A stretch of 64,000 nt of DNA from IMG/VR virus record IMGVR_UViG_3300025120_010521; one strand, written 5' to 3'. The notes beneath the pieces are model-generated. The model saw only the letters and a program-made list of their open reading frames with translations, did not search any database and was not told the origin of the DNA. Shown one piece after another: positions 36,493 to 46,897 of this stretch. Each line of letters starts with the position of its first letter. Positions within the stretch are counted from its first letter, which is position 1. Position numbers and translations under genes: made by a program. Source of the DNA: a virus. Lineage: Duplodnaviria; Caudoviricetes.

Positions 36493-37689
36493 TTAGTTAA
36501 AGTTATAGTGTTTGCTTATCTCTGGAAAATGTTTTGAAAAATCTAAGTTTCTTGTTTTATCAATATTTTTTATTTTTTTAACAAATCCTTGAGTAGCTGA
36601 TTGATCTGTTTTTGTATCTAATCTTTTTAATATTTGTTGAGACTTATCTAAAAATACTTCTTTTTGTTTTAATGGCAGTGAGTTAGCAAACTGGTAAAGA
36701 TTATCCTTTGCTTCTTGCTTTAGTTCTTGTGGCATGTGTTCCATGTTATACTCATTACCTTCAACCATATTAAAATCGTAAGTATCTAAATTACTATCTA
36801 AGAAAAACTTTATTAGTTTTGTAAAATGAATAGCATTATAAGTTCCAATTGTTATCTGCGGTTCTACCCATATATTAGGATTGTCTCTTAATTGTAATAG
36901 GTTTTGTTCTAGTTGGTTCCATATCGTACCATATCTAATATATTCTGCTTGTGGTCCCATAGCATCTATACTTGGTGCTATACTAACTCTTTTAAAATGT
37001 TTCCACAACTCTGTTGTATCTTTATTCTTGTGTGTTAGCTTTAGGATATTACTATTGTAATGTAAATTAACATCTGTTCTTTTAATGTCTATTAACTTTT
37101 CTAGTATATAGTAGTGTTCGTCCATTACTAACGGTTCACCACCTGCAAAATAAATTGACTCTACATTTTTAGCATGGTTATCTATAAACTCATATGTTTT
37201 ATTTTTATCATCAAAATTGTTTAATATTTTGCCTTTGTCTGATTTCAATTCTGCCTGCCATTTACTACTAAATTCTGGACCGCACATAATACAAGCCATA
37301 TTACATATATTACTAAAACGTACATCCCAATACTTTGCAGATACTTCTGTTAAAGTTCCATCTTCTTTAGTAATATCTTTTATTGTATTTTTTACTTCTT
37401 TTGTCCATGGATGGTATTTTTCTAATATTGTTCTAAAACTTTCTCCTAAGACTTCTTCTTTTCTATAACACCTTTCGCAACCTTTTGGTTCAAGATTATT
37501 CATCATTTCTTTACGCATAGTTTTAGCTTTAGGAGAATTTATAATTTCTTCGTAGCTTTGCGTCTTAATGTTACCCCAAAAATTATTTGCTGTCCAATGT
37601 AAACAACATGGCATAACTGTTCCGTCTGGGTTTGTGCTTAATCCAATCCAAGGTAATGGGCACCATGTGTCTAATATCTTTCTGCTCAT
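36493..37689 (-). CDS. Radical SAM protein with N-terminal twitch domain
   Basis: CPLPW...VMPCC...CERC; SNICNMACIMC; FAGGEPL; YNSN; SIDA. Confidence 0.9.
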   Translation of the reverse strand: MSRKILDTWCPLPWIGLSTNPDGTVMPCCLHWTANNFWGNIKTQSYEEIINSPKAKTMRKEMMNNLEPKGCERCYRKEEVLGESFRTILEKYHPWTKEVKNTIKDITKEDGTLTEVSAKYWDVRFSNICNMACIMCGPEFSSKWQAELKSDKGKILNNFDDKNKTYEFIDNHAKNVESIYFAGGEPLVMDEHYYILEKLIDIKRTDVNLHYNSNILKLTHKNKDTTELWKHFKRVSIAPSIDAMGPQAEYIRYGTIWNQLEQNLLQLRDNPNIWVEPQITIGTYNAIHFTKLIKFFLDSNLDTYDFNMVEGNEYNMEHMPQELKQEAKDNLYQFANSLPLKQKEVFLDKSQQILKRLDTKTDQSATQGFVKKIKNIDKTRNLDFSKHFPEISKHYNFN

Positions 37690-37702
37690 ATAATGTATTT
37701 AT

Positions 37703-37779
37703 TGGCCTGCCCGGCAAGATTCGAACTTGCGACCTTCAGTTCCGCAAACTGACGCTCTATCCAACTGAGCTACGGGCAG
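37703..37779 (-). tRNA. tRNA-Arg(GCG)
   Basis: Stem TCAGT/ACTGA, loop TTGCGGA; same acceptor stem as the Arg(UCU) tRNA; CCA. Confidence 0.9.
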
Positions 37780-37782
37780 TCT

Positions 37783-37857
37783 TGGCTGGGGTAGATGGAT
37801 TCGAACCACCGAATGTCGGTACCAAAAACCGATGCCTTACCGCTTGGCTATACCCCA
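37783..37857 (-). tRNA. tRNA-Gln(UUG)
   Basis: Loop TTTTGGT; U1-A72; CCA. Confidence 0.92.
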
Positions 37858-37858
37858 A

Positions 37859-37935
37859 TGGTAGCAGTGGGTAGATTCGAACTACCGACCTTCCGAATAT
37901 GAGTCGGATGCTCTAACCAACTGAGCTACACTGCC
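37859..37935 (-). tRNA. tRNA with CAU anticodon (elongator Met or Ile2)
   Basis: Loop CTCATAT; CCA. Confidence 0.9.
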
Positions 37936-37938
37936 ATG

Positions 37939-38015
37939 TGGTAGGCGATGGAAGACTCGAACTTCCGACCCCTGCGTTATCAACACAGTGCTCTAACCAA
38001 CTGAGCTAATCGCCC
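37939..38015 (-). tRNA. tRNA-Ile(GAU)
   Basis: Loop TTGATAA; CCA; its 5' end overlaps the stop codon of the upstream ORF. Confidence 0.92.
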
Positions 38016-38512
38016 ATATCATATTCAAAGTTAACGGTATTCTTATTTACTCGTAACTCTTTAGCACCGTTCTTTGTATGAAATTTTCTTGCCATTTCTG
38101 TCATTGGTGACAAGGTAATTAATCTAGTTAAATGATTTGATTTCTTAATCATTTTATATACTTCATCTACTATCTTTTGTCCGCCTCCACGTTTACGACT
38201 CCAAACAGTATATGCAATAGCAATACGTCCTTGTACTCCTGCTCTGTGTATGGCTTCCATGTGTGCAACTTTACTCATGGTATCTAATTCTTGTACTGAC
38301 GCTGGTACTTCATTGGTGAATGCAAAACACATCACAGCAACTATTTCATCATTGTCTTGAAGGCCATATATTTTTCTACCATATTGTTGTCTAAACCAAT
38401 TGTCCAGTTCTGGTCTTACTGGATCTTCAGATGTGTCAACTTCGTTAAGTTCTACTAACTTAACTTTTTTTAACCATTCAAATTTATCTAAAATTTTATT
38501 TAAAACGTCCAT
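38006..38512 (-). CDS. GNAT-like fold phage protein
   Basis: IAYTVWSRKRGGGQKIV...LITLSP...ARKFHTKNGA resembles GNAT motifs A and B. Confidence 0.55.
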   Translation of the reverse strand: MDVLNKILDKFEWLKKVKLVELNEVDTSEDPVRPELDNWFRQQYGRKIYGLQDNDEIVAVMCFAFTNEVPASVQELDTMSKVAHMEAIHRAGVQGRIAIAYTVWSRKRGGGQKIVDEVYKMIKKSNHLTRLITLSPMTEMARKFHTKNGAKELRVNKNTVNFEYDMGD

Positions 38513-38568
38513 ACTGTATAATACTTTCTTTTAAGTTTTTGTCAAGTACATGTTTACGATTGTTGTAT

Positions 38569-39159
38569 TTATGGTGTAATTGGTGAAGTATCTAATACTG
38601 TGGCCACTAGATGGACTCTGTCCTCTTCGCCACCATTAAATGCATTATGATATCGTGTGTTGTCTGTAATCCAGACTGATCCATCTGCAGGCATGTGTCT
38701 GACTTCTGTATCAATGCACATTCGAGCTCCGGGGTTGGTAACAATTGGAATATGTAATCTTGGTTCTGGATCTCTATGCCAGCTTAATGTTGTTCTTGGC
38801 AACTTCCATAAAAGTCTAATTCTGCCTAGTTTGTATTTGTTTGTTAATGTAGTATAAACTTCTTTAAAATATGTATCTTCAAATAAATTTACAAATTCAG
38901 AATATTGTGTTTCATCAATTATTGCTTCTCTTGTTACTTCAACACCTGTATGATCTGGTCTAGTCCAAAATAATCCTCTAACGTTTCCACCTGTAATAGA
39001 ATTTGGATCTCCTGGTATTTGTGTAAGACAAATTGCATTTATATCTCTTTCACCTAATGGTGATTGCCTAGCAACTCGTTTATCTACTTCTGTTAGTGCT
39101 GATTGTAACTTTGTTATATCAAAACTAATATCTGGGTCTTTATAAAAGTTTGTATGCAT
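38569..39159 (-). CDS. 2OG-Fe(II) dioxygenase, Asp/Asn beta-hydroxylase-like
   Basis: LSWHRD...RLHIPIVTN...TDNTRYHNAFNGGEEDRVHLV. Confidence 0.85.
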   Translation of the reverse strand: MHTNFYKDPDISFDITKLQSALTEVDKRVARQSPLGERDINAICLTQIPGDPNSITGGNVRGLFWTRPDHTGVEVTREAIIDETQYSEFVNLFEDTYFKEVYTTLTNKYKLGRIRLLWKLPRTTLSWHRDPEPRLHIPIVTNPGARMCIDTEVRHMPADGSVWITDNTRYHNAFNGGEEDRVHLVATVLDTSPITP

Positions 39160-39321
39160 ACTACATATTTATTATTAGATAAATTAATAATCCTATCATT
39201 GCGTTTATAAAAAGTAAAAATGTTATCTTAGCCCAAAAAACTTTATTAGGTATATCTTCCCATTGCTTTTTCTTACTATCACTCAATGGTGGTGGGATGG
39301 TAAACCAGGATCCCCAAGACA

Positions 39322-39594
39322 TTATTCTTCCTTATGAGCTCCACCACGTTTGATTGTATCAAGTATCATCTCAATATCATCAAATGCATCTCTCTCTTCT
39401 GATAAACTATTTTTATATGCAATCTTAATTGCTTTGTTTAATACAGTAGGTTTAACGTCAAGCTCTTCTGCAATATGTTTTACTGTATCTCTTAGACCTG
39501 CTCTCAAATCATCTGACTCTTGCAATACCTGTGTGCCTTCGTCAAACAATCTAATAAGTTTTGCCTTTTCTTCTTGATTAATTGTTAATGCCAT
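39322..39594 (-). CDS. T4 DsbA-like double-stranded DNA-binding protein
   Basis: LRAGLRDTVKHIAEELDVKPTVLNKAIKIAYK, helical 90-aa DsbA/GapR-like pattern. Confidence 0.75.
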   Translation of the reverse strand: MALTINQEEKAKLIRLFDEGTQVLQESDDLRAGLRDTVKHIAEELDVKPTVLNKAIKIAYKNSLSEERDAFDDIEMILDTIKRGGAHKEE

Positions 39595-39595
39595 T

Positions 39596-40039
39596 TTATT
39601 TTCCTATTAGTGTTTGTATTGTAGCTATTGAATACTCACGTGCTCCGTCATCGTCACCGTCGCATTCATGACTGTCAGCTACTTTATTTGCTCCAAGTTC
39701 TACCATACGTTTGTCAATTTTCTTAGGGCCACCACAAAAATAAGTGTGTGAGCTATCTCCTAAACCACAAATAGCATAGTTCATATTACTAAGATCTACT
39801 TCAGCTTCTGATAGTTTATTAAAAAAATCATCTCCGTTTGTAGGAACGTCACCTTGTCCTGTAGTGCTTGATATAAACATTACATTCTTCATATCTTTAA
39901 ACGATTCAATATCAATATCGTTCATTTCATTTATTTTAATGTCGGCACTTGATTCTTTTGATATACTATCAAATACATCGGTGGCTACATCTTCTGCTGT
40001 GCCAAACATCGATGCCCATAATATGTTTACTTGTGTCAT
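39596..40039 (-). CDS. Flavodoxin (MioC/CysJ-N type)
   Basis: ASMFGTAE FMN loop; SSTTGQGDVP; YAICGLGDSS..YFCG. Confidence 0.92.
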   Translation of the reverse strand: MTQVNILWASMFGTAEDVATDVFDSISKESSADIKINEMNDIDIESFKDMKNVMFISSTTGQGDVPTNGDDFFNKLSEAEVDLSNMNYAICGLGDSSHTYFCGGPKKIDKRMVELGANKVADSHECDGDDDGAREYSIATIQTLIGK

Positions 40040-40044
40040 TTATT

Positions 40045-40251
40045 TTATCTTCCTAGTTTTTTACTTCTGCCTAATGGTAAAGATTGATCTTTTTCGTATT
40101 CTCCACCTTTTTTAGCTGTCCATTCCACACGGACAATTTTACTTTTACTTCCGCCTTGAAACGATTTTACTGCTCGTCTATAGCTTAATGCTTCTATAGT
40201 TTTTGGCTCTTCATTGCCTTCAAAGAACGTGTATGTTCTCATTTTTGCCAT
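40045..40251 (-). CDS. Small basic hypothetical protein
   Basis: AAGGAGG RBS; ORF track. Confidence 0.7.
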   Translation of the reverse strand: MAKMRTYTFFEGNEEPKTIEALSYRRAVKSFQGGSKSKIVRVEWTAKKGGEYEKDQSLPLGRSKKLGR

Positions 40252-40277
40252 AACCCTCCTTGGTTACAATTTATTTA

Positions 40278-40448
40278 TTAGTACTTTACTTTCTGCTCTA
40301 AATGTCTTATTTCCCAGCCTCTGCCTTTTTCTTTTTTTTGCAGGTCAACCCAAACATTTTGAGTATCCAGTTTTTGATATATAGAATTTAGTTTAGTTAT
40401 GTTTTCTTTAAAATTCTTTACCAATTCAATAACTTTTGGATCTTTCAT
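40278..40448 (-). CDS. Small hypothetical protein, 56 aa
   Basis: Manual: MKDPKVIELVKNFKENITKLNSIYQKLDTQNVWVDLQKKEKGRGWEIRHLEQKVKY*. Confidence 0.55.
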   Translation of the reverse strand: MKDPKVIELVKNFKENITKLNSIYQKLDTQNVWVDLQKKEKGRGWEIRHLEQKVKY

Positions 40449-40511
40449 AATTATTACCTTTCAATAAATACTATAATATTGTAATATGATACAATAGTCA
40501 AGAGAAATTAT

Positions 40512-41672
40512 ATGAAAAAAGCAAATGTTCCAAACTCTACGTATTTCTGCACCCTACCTTTTAGTGGTGCACAAATCAACGAATTTGGTGTAGTTACACC
40601 TTGTTGTAATTGGGATTTTAATGATCGAAAAGGTTGGCCAAAATTGGAAGATGGTGGATTAGAAAAAGCAGTACAGCATCCTCGATTTCAAGAAGTACGT
40701 AATAACATGCTAGAACAAAAACCTACTTCTGGATGTAGAAAATGCTTTGATAACGAACGTGCTAAAAGTCAAAGTTTTAGACTGTGGACTCTTGAACGTG
40801 ATAAAGAGTGGATTAAAGAATCACAACAAAGAAACCTATTTGATAAAGATTTTTTTGAAATGCGTTATCTAGATAGTGTTTTTAGTATTTTATGTAATTT
40901 AAGTTGTAGAATGTGTAGCTCTAGTGTTAGTAGTACATATAGTAAAATTGTAGAGCCACATAAAAAAGTTTTAAAAACTCCACAATTGGATTTATATGAT
41001 ATTGACTTTTCTAAACTATCTTATTTAAAATTTGTAGGTGGAGAACCATTAATGGAACCAAAGCATGATCAATTTATAGAAAAGATTACACAAGAAGATG
41101 TTGATATTCCTAACCTATCATTAATATATCATACAAATGCAACTATGTTACCAAACAAAAAAGTTCAGGCTGTTTGGAAAAAATGTAAGTCTATACAAAT
41201 AAATTTAAGTATTGACGGGTATGGCGATATTAATTGGAAACAACGTCCAGGTCCATACACATGGCAAGATGTTGAAAAAGTATGTAAACAATATCGATTA
41301 TGGGCAAGAGAATGGAAGAACATTAAAATACGTGTTAGTTCAGTTATAACAAAAATAAATGTTTTTCATCTACACGAATTAGAACAATGGGCAGATACAT
41401 TTTGGGATAAAGATATGCATGATAAAGATCATTCATTATTTGAGGCTCATTGTATTGAACACCCTGGAGAGTTATCTATTTGTGATTGGCATGATAACTT
41501 AGAAAGAAAAACCCAAATAAAAAAATATTTACAAAATATAAAAAGACCGTACTTAAGAGATCATATTCTATATTGGTTAGAAAATGTTTCTTCAAAAACT
41601 GCATTTGATTATAACATTAAATCTAAAAGGCTTGACAAGTACTGGAAATACGATATTGACAAGTATCTATAA
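40512..41672 (+). CDS. Radical SAM protein with N-terminal twitch domain
   Basis: FCTLPF...VTPCC...CRKC; SILCNLSCRMC; FVGGEPL; HTNA; SIDG. Confidence 0.9.
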   Translation: MKKANVPNSTYFCTLPFSGAQINEFGVVTPCCNWDFNDRKGWPKLEDGGLEKAVQHPRFQEVRNNMLEQKPTSGCRKCFDNERAKSQSFRLWTLERDKEWIKESQQRNLFDKDFFEMRYLDSVFSILCNLSCRMCSSSVSSTYSKIVEPHKKVLKTPQLDLYDIDFSKLSYLKFVGGEPLMEPKHDQFIEKITQEDVDIPNLSLIYHTNATMLPNKKVQAVWKKCKSIQINLSIDGYGDINWKQRPGPYTWQDVEKVCKQYRLWAREWKNIKIRVSSVITKINVFHLHELEQWADTFWDKDMHDKDHSLFEAHCIEHPGELSICDWHDNLERKTQIKKYLQNIKRPYLRDHILYWLENVSSKTAFDYNIKSKRLDKYWKYDIDKYL

Positions 41673-41692
41673 TAGGATTATAATATTAGTAT

Positions 41693-42742
41693 ATGGATTT
41701 AGAAAAAATAAAACAGTATGAAATAGAAATAACATCTAAGTGTAATGCTAGATGTCCTGGATGTTCACGTACTCATAATGGAGATACACACCCTGACTTA
41801 AAGATGTTAGAAATTTCGTTGTCACAATTTAAACATATATTTCCACCAAACACAATTAAAGATAGAGCATTTGGTTTTTCTGGAGTATATGGTGATCCAG
41901 GAATGGCTAAAGATATAATTTTAATTTGCAAATATATTTTAGAAAATAATCCTTCTAAAGTTTGGTTAGATACAAATGGTGGTATGCAAACAGAAAAGTT
42001 TTGGCATGATTTATCTCAGTTAAGTTTTAAATACAATCACAAACTTGTTGTTGGTTTTAATATAGATGGCTACAAGGATACAAATCATATGTATCGTGTT
42101 AATGTTATTTGGGATAAACTTATAAAAAATATTACAGCATATTCAAAAGGGCAAGGCAGAGCGACATGGTCTTATATTGAGTTTGATCATAATACTAGTG
42201 ATATAGATAATGCAAGACAACTAGCAAAAGAGCTAGGATTTAATTTTAGAGTAAGGAGATCTTCAAGAAATCAAATTAAGGCTCCATGGAAAACTAATAA
42301 AACAACTATTACAACTAATAAAAAAGAAATTCAACATTCACAAGCTCAAGTTAAATTTAATGTAACTAAGAAAATAGAATCAGAAACAGTAAAGAATACA
42401 AAATTTAAAGATATCAGTTGCAGATTAATACATGAGCAAAGAGCTTACATATCACATGACATGAAATTATGGCCTTGTTGTTGGATTGGTGATATGTATC
42501 ATGATTCTATAAGACCGAGTGTACAAAAACAAGGCAGAGATAAGTTGTTTGAAATTGAAGAACAATATGGAAAAAACTGGAATGATCTAAGACATAACTC
42601 AATTGATAATATACTAGGTCACGAATACTATGATTCTGTATTAGAAGACTCGTGGGATACTGATCATAATTTATATATTAAAAGATGTGTGATAGAATGT
42701 GGCGGGCACGGCTCTAGAGCAAAAGTAGAATATCAAAAATAA
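41693..42742 (+). CDS. Radical SAM protein with C-terminal SPASM/twitch domain
   Basis: EITSKCNARCPGC; GVYGDP; DTNGG; NIDG; LWPCCW...CVIEC. Confidence 0.9.
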   Translation: MDLEKIKQYEIEITSKCNARCPGCSRTHNGDTHPDLKMLEISLSQFKHIFPPNTIKDRAFGFSGVYGDPGMAKDIILICKYILENNPSKVWLDTNGGMQTEKFWHDLSQLSFKYNHKLVVGFNIDGYKDTNHMYRVNVIWDKLIKNITAYSKGQGRATWSYIEFDHNTSDIDNARQLAKELGFNFRVRRSSRNQIKAPWKTNKTTITTNKKEIQHSQAQVKFNVTKKIESETVKNTKFKDISCRLIHEQRAYISHDMKLWPCCWIGDMYHDSIRPSVQKQGRDKLFEIEEQYGKNWNDLRHNSIDNILGHEYYDSVLEDSWDTDHNLYIKRCVIECGGHGSRAKVEYQK

Positions 42743-42743
42743 C

Positions 42744-42944
42744 TTAAGATTTTTTTTTAAAAGTATCTGATGTTAATCCAGCTTTAGCAAATGCCTCAGC
42801 AAAGGCGTTATTAATCATTGGTGCTTCTTTAGTTTTAAATGCTTGTGGCTGAACGTTTCTAACAGGTTTTTTCTTCTGCTTTGGTTTGGTTATTTTTTTA
42901 GTAGGTGTAATATCACCTATAATGTATGTTTGCTTTTTTTTCAT
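42744..42944 (-). CDS. Small basic hypothetical protein
   Basis: ORF track. Confidence 0.6.
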   Translation of the reverse strand: MKKKQTYIIGDITPTKKITKPKQKKKPVRNVQPQAFKTKEAPMINNAFAEAFAKAGLTSDTFKKKS

Positions 42945-42989
42945 AGACTGCTCAATCTTACTTTGTATTTATATAGATATCTGTATTTA

Positions 42990-43232
42990 CTACCTATAAT
43001 CGTCTTTATTGATCTTTCCTGCTTGTTCTTTTAAGTATAACCACCAATCAATAAACAATAGTTGCATCACAGTACCTAAAGGTGTTAGCAGATATCCAAA
43101 TAAAAATGGAAGGCCTATTAGAAAGAATACAATTGTTAATAGATATTTTAAAGGATTATCTGGTTGCCATCGACTCCACTTTGGAGGATCATATGGATCT
43201 TTATTTCTATAGTCGTTAAATTCATAATTCAT
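42990..43232 (-). CDS. Small membrane protein
   Basis: Two hydrophobic segments. Confidence 0.6.
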   Translation of the reverse strand: MNYEFNDYRNKDPYDPPKWSRWQPDNPLKYLLTIVFFLIGLPFLFGYLLTPLGTVMQLLFIDWWLYLKEQAGKINKDDYR

Positions 43233-43338
43233 CTAAATTCCAATATTAAATATTAATAAGGTTATTATAATAATACTTATAGTAACTACATAAATCCAAG
43301 CATCAGATAAGAGATCTTTTAATGCTTCTTTAATGAAA

Positions 43339-43626
43339 TTACTTATCTTCATACTTGTGAAGATCTTCAAGAACACCCAAAGCCATAGCAGATGTCATTC
43401 TCAATGTTTGAGATGTTTTGCCAATCCTTTTTAGATGTGCTTTGGCAGTATCATTGTATTTGATACCATAATGGTTTTTGACATATTTGGCAAACTCAAG
43501 TATTTCTCCTTCAAGTTCTTCCAACCACCAAACTTTCATGTCAAGTTTTGATGCAACAGAATGTTTAACGTATGCTGGATCTAATTTAATATGATCGTCT
43601 TTTTTAGTTATACGTTTCCTCGCCAT
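43339..43626 (-). CDS. Hypothetical protein
   Basis: ORF track. Confidence 0.6.
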   Translation of the reverse strand: MARKRITKKDDHIKLDPAYVKHSVASKLDMKVWWLEELEGEILEFAKYVKNHYGIKYNDTAKAHLKRIGKTSQTLRMTSAMALGVLEDLHKYEDK

Positions 43627-43907
43627 TTGCCATACCTTTCTCTTTTAACTTTTTTTTTAACTTTTTTCTTTTTAGTTATAATACGAGATACCCACCATCT
43701 GTCTAATAGATAGTACCAAACTGAATTAACCAAAGGTTCAACTATTGCATCTGTGATTGCTACCCAAAGCTCTATGCCTGGATCTAATAGTTTTAATATT
43801 GTGGCCGCAATTATAAAATGGCCAATAGTGAATATTATTGTTCTAGTTAATGACCCTTTTGCTTGTTTATCAAATAGTTGTTTTATTTTTATTTTCATTT
43901 TTATCAT
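43608..43907 (-). CDS. DUF2061-like membrane protein
   Basis: SLTRTIIFTIGHFII...AITDAIVEPLVNSVWYYLLDRWW. Confidence 0.65.
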   Translation of the reverse strand: MIKMKIKIKQLFDKQAKGSLTRTIIFTIGHFIIAATILKLLDPGIELWVAITDAIVEPLVNSVWYYLLDRWWVSRIITKKKKVKKKVKRERYGKWRGNV

Positions 43908-44054
43908 TTATTTTATTTTATTTTTTTCTTTCCATTAACCATACAATTATAGGTAATGAAAATGCCATTATTAAATAAATTTCTAAAGTAGTTAGATCCA
44001 TTCCGCATTGCAGTATGCATTCTCCCCACCAAGTGTTTATTGCATCAATCAATG

Positions 44055-44330
44055 TTAACCTACAGGTTCAAGTTTGCCGTTTTTATCTGTAAACCAAGTA
44101 TATCCAGCGATTTTGGCCTGTTTATCATAACCTTTAAGATTATAAGCAAAAAGTAATTCAGGTTGATGCGTATTTCTAATCAATCCGTATCTTGACTGTC
44201 TATTACCTTCTAGGATATAACTTGCTTGTTTAGTAGTAGGATCTTGTACTAATTCTACCTTAAACTTGTGTTTACCAATCTGAACTTCAGTGCTTTTTAG
44301 TAAATCACTATGTTGTTTAACGTCACTCAT
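44055..44330 (-). CDS. Hypothetical early protein
   Basis: GAGG RBS; early promoter TTGACA at 44388-44393. Confidence 0.7.
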   Translation of the reverse strand: MSDVKQHSDLLKSTEVQIGKHKFKVELVQDPTTKQASYILEGNRQSRYGLIRNTHQPELLFAYNLKGYDKQAKIAGYTWFTDKNGKLEPVG

Positions 44331-44517
44331 TTATTTTACCTCGTTTATTAGTTATATATTTCTATAGTATAGCACAATATAGATATCTGTCAAGTGAAAA
44401 GATACCTATCTATCTTGTTTTTCTGTAAATAAAATCCTATATTTTTCAATAAAATACACTATAATAGATAAATAACATTGTATATACTAAAAACAAATAC
44501 ACATAGGAGAGCTCATT

Positions 44518-44790
44518 ATGTTAATATCTTGGAAAACAAACGGTTCTGCAGATGCAGTAGATACTATGAGAGGTCGTTTAGAAAATAACGATTTCACAGA
44601 CTATATTACTTGGGCATCAGTTAACGGCAGAGTCAATTTCAAATATGAGATGGTTGGTGATGATCTTGTTATCAGTGAAGAATGGAATTGTGATAGAGCG
44701 GCATACGACGCACTAAACATTGACCAAACTGACGGCGAAGGCAACGCATTACCAATGGTAGAAACTACTGACCATTTATCATTCGATTAA
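44518..44790 (+). CDS. Small acidic hypothetical protein
   Basis: AGGAGAG RBS; phage-like codon usage. Confidence 0.75.
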   Translation: MLISWKTNGSADAVDTMRGRLENNDFTDYITWASVNGRVNFKYEMVGDDLVISEEWNCDRAAYDALNIDQTDGEGNALPMVETTDHLSFD

Positions 44791-44807
44791 TAATTAATTA
44801 TTAAGGC

Positions 44808-45410
44808 TCACTGTTGGACAAACAATGGTGAGCTTTTATAATACTCATACACATCATTTATAGTCATACCATAATCAAAGTCAAGTTGAAACCCATAACG
44901 TGTCATTGTGTCGCCGCCTTTAGCACTGTGTAATTGTCCTGTGTTTACTACTACCGGGTGGTTGTAATACAGTGTTTTTGTATGTTCTCTTTTATTATTA
45001 TACCAACTAATAGAACCACCTGCAGGTTTAAATTCTACAAGTAAAGCTACCATTCGTTGTACATCTCGATGAATATTTAAAAACCAACCAGGAGACATCT
45101 TTGTGTATTGTTTTCTAACAATAAGACTTGTAGGCATATTTAAAACTTTACAAGTGTCTTCTACTATCTTTTCAATTAATGGACTACCATTAAAATCTGC
45201 TCCATGGTCAACATCTTGATAGTATACCCATTCATGATCGTTTTTATCTTCTTTAATACCTTCTTCATAAGTTACTTGGTGTCCTGCATAGGCTACATCA
45301 ACTTTTTGAAACTTATCTTTTAATTGGTCAATAGCATCAATGTTTGATTTATTATCTATTTTTAATTGTGGTAGTTCAAAGTACTCAAAGTGATTCATGT
45401 TTATCTCCAA
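44808..45410 (-). CDS. 2OG-Fe(II) dioxygenase-like protein
   Basis: LNIHRD...VVVNTGQLHSA...TRYGFQ. Confidence 0.75.
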   Translation of the reverse strand: MEINMNHFEYFELPQLKIDNKSNIDAIDQLKDKFQKVDVAYAGHQVTYEEGIKEDKNDHEWVYYQDVDHGADFNGSPLIEKIVEDTCKVLNMPTSLIVRKQYTKMSPGWFLNIHRDVQRMVALLVEFKPAGGSISWYNNKREHTKTLYYNHPVVVNTGQLHSAKGGDTMTRYGFQLDFDYGMTINDVYEYYKSSPLFVQQ

Positions 45411-46155
45411 ACTCTATTGCATAGTCTTTATATTTGTTCCAACTACGAACTAACGTATCTAAATGTTTATTAGGATCAATAGATCCTGTAGTAGTAATAA
45501 CAAACTTTTGTTGTTCAATTTTTTTAGCACCATGTGGTCTATCTAATTCATTTAATACAAATGTATTTGTGTCCATTGGTAGTTCCATAAATCTATAATC
45601 TTTTTTATCTTGTTGCTCTAAACGTTCTGTCCAAAATAAACTAGGTTCACGTACATCATTAATTAACAATCTGTATCCTGAAGGCTCTAAAGGTCTTAAA
45701 GTACTATGATCAGAAGATGATAAACCTGGCACATCCATATGCAATGGAACATCTCTGCGTTGTCTAATTAGTTCTGCATGATTGCATTGTATTGGTAATT
45801 GTTCTATTAGTTTAATTATTCCGTATAGTTCTTTTGGTAACGCAGGATTAATATTTACTTTTCTTTTTCTAGTTAAACGATTCAACCAACTTTCTCTAAC
45901 TTTATCTGCTTTGCCAAAGTCTTCTTCATCGAGCTGTCCAAGTAAACAAACAATACGCCATAATTCGTGTGGTGCAGTTTCTACATATGGAGCATTTTCT
46001 AAGTTGTTAGCTGAATAAGATTCCGTAACAACATCCGGTGGCCACATGTAGTTTCTATCATGGAATACTTCTAACTCGTCTAAATTAATTTTTTGGTAAG
46101 GCAAGTCGATTGGTAAGTAACATACGTTACGAAAGTCTTTATAGTCCTTCTTCAT
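45385..46155 (-). CDS. 2OG-Fe(II) dioxygenase-like protein
   Basis: VPLHMD...FVLNELDRPHGA...KFVI. Confidence 0.65.
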   Translation of the reverse strand: MKKDYKDFRNVCYLPIDLPYQKINLDELEVFHDRNYMWPPDVVTESYSANNLENAPYVETAPHELWRIVCLLGQLDEEDFGKADKVRESWLNRLTRKRKVNINPALPKELYGIIKLIEQLPIQCNHAELIRQRRDVPLHMDVPGLSSSDHSTLRPLEPSGYRLLINDVREPSLFWTERLEQQDKKDYRFMELPMDTNTFVLNELDRPHGAKKIEQQKFVITTTGSIDPNKHLDTLVRSWNKYKDYAIEFGDKHESL

Positions 46156-46897
46156 CCTTATACCTCTTATCTAATAAAAAAGTTTTTATAACCCATCCTG
46201 GAAAATCTATTTCCCACCATTTTTCTTTATTCGTCCAACTCTGTGGTTTTTGATGATGTGTATTGTGTAGTCCACTACCAAGTGTTATTAGATTTACCCA
46301 TGTATTATTTGTACTACCATCAGGTGTATTAAATAATCTATAACCCCATTTATGACACAATACATTAACAGCACCAGCACTATGAAAAGTTATCACTGCT
46401 GGAATTGATATTAAAAATACTGCAATACGCCAATCAACTAAAGCAATGGCTCCATAAGAACATAGTAATAACTTTAAGTAATGTTGATGTATAAATTTAA
46501 TCCATTTATCTTTAATTAAATCTTTTACAAATTTTGTTTCAATTGTAAATGGTTCCCAAAAAGTTGTCCATATTCTCCATGCTGGTTGACCACCATGTGG
46601 ATCTTCTTTAGTTTCAGGAACTGCATGATGCTTTCTGTGTACACCACACCAAGCAATTGGTGATCCAAAACAGTTAAACATACTTAATATGATTAACATT
46701 CTTGATTTCCAATAAGATGTTTCAAAACTTTTATGTGATAGGTATCTATGTAAAGCTATTTCTCCACCGACTTTACCAAACATAATCCAGCCAATAAGAG
46801 ATAGCCATAGCCAGCTTAGATCTGCGTATAATAACCCTACTATAAGCAGTAAGTGGTTAGTTAATAAAATTAGTTTTAATTTATACTCGTAGCTCAT
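46139..46897 (-). CDS. Delta-9-type fatty-acid (acyl-lipid) desaturase
   Basis: His boxes HRYLSH, HRKHH, HNTHH; TM segments. Confidence 0.92.
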   Translation of the reverse strand: MSYEYKLKLILLTNHLLLIVGLLYADLSWLWLSLIGWIMFGKVGGEIALHRYLSHKSFETSYWKSRMLIILSMFNCFGSPIAWCGVHRKHHAVPETKEDPHGGQPAWRIWTTFWEPFTIETKFVKDLIKDKWIKFIHQHYLKLLLCSYGAIALVDWRIAVFLISIPAVITFHSAGAVNVLCHKWGYRLFNTPDGSTNNTWVNLITLGSGLHNTHHQKPQSWTNKEKWWEIDFPGWVIKTFLLDKRYKDEEGL

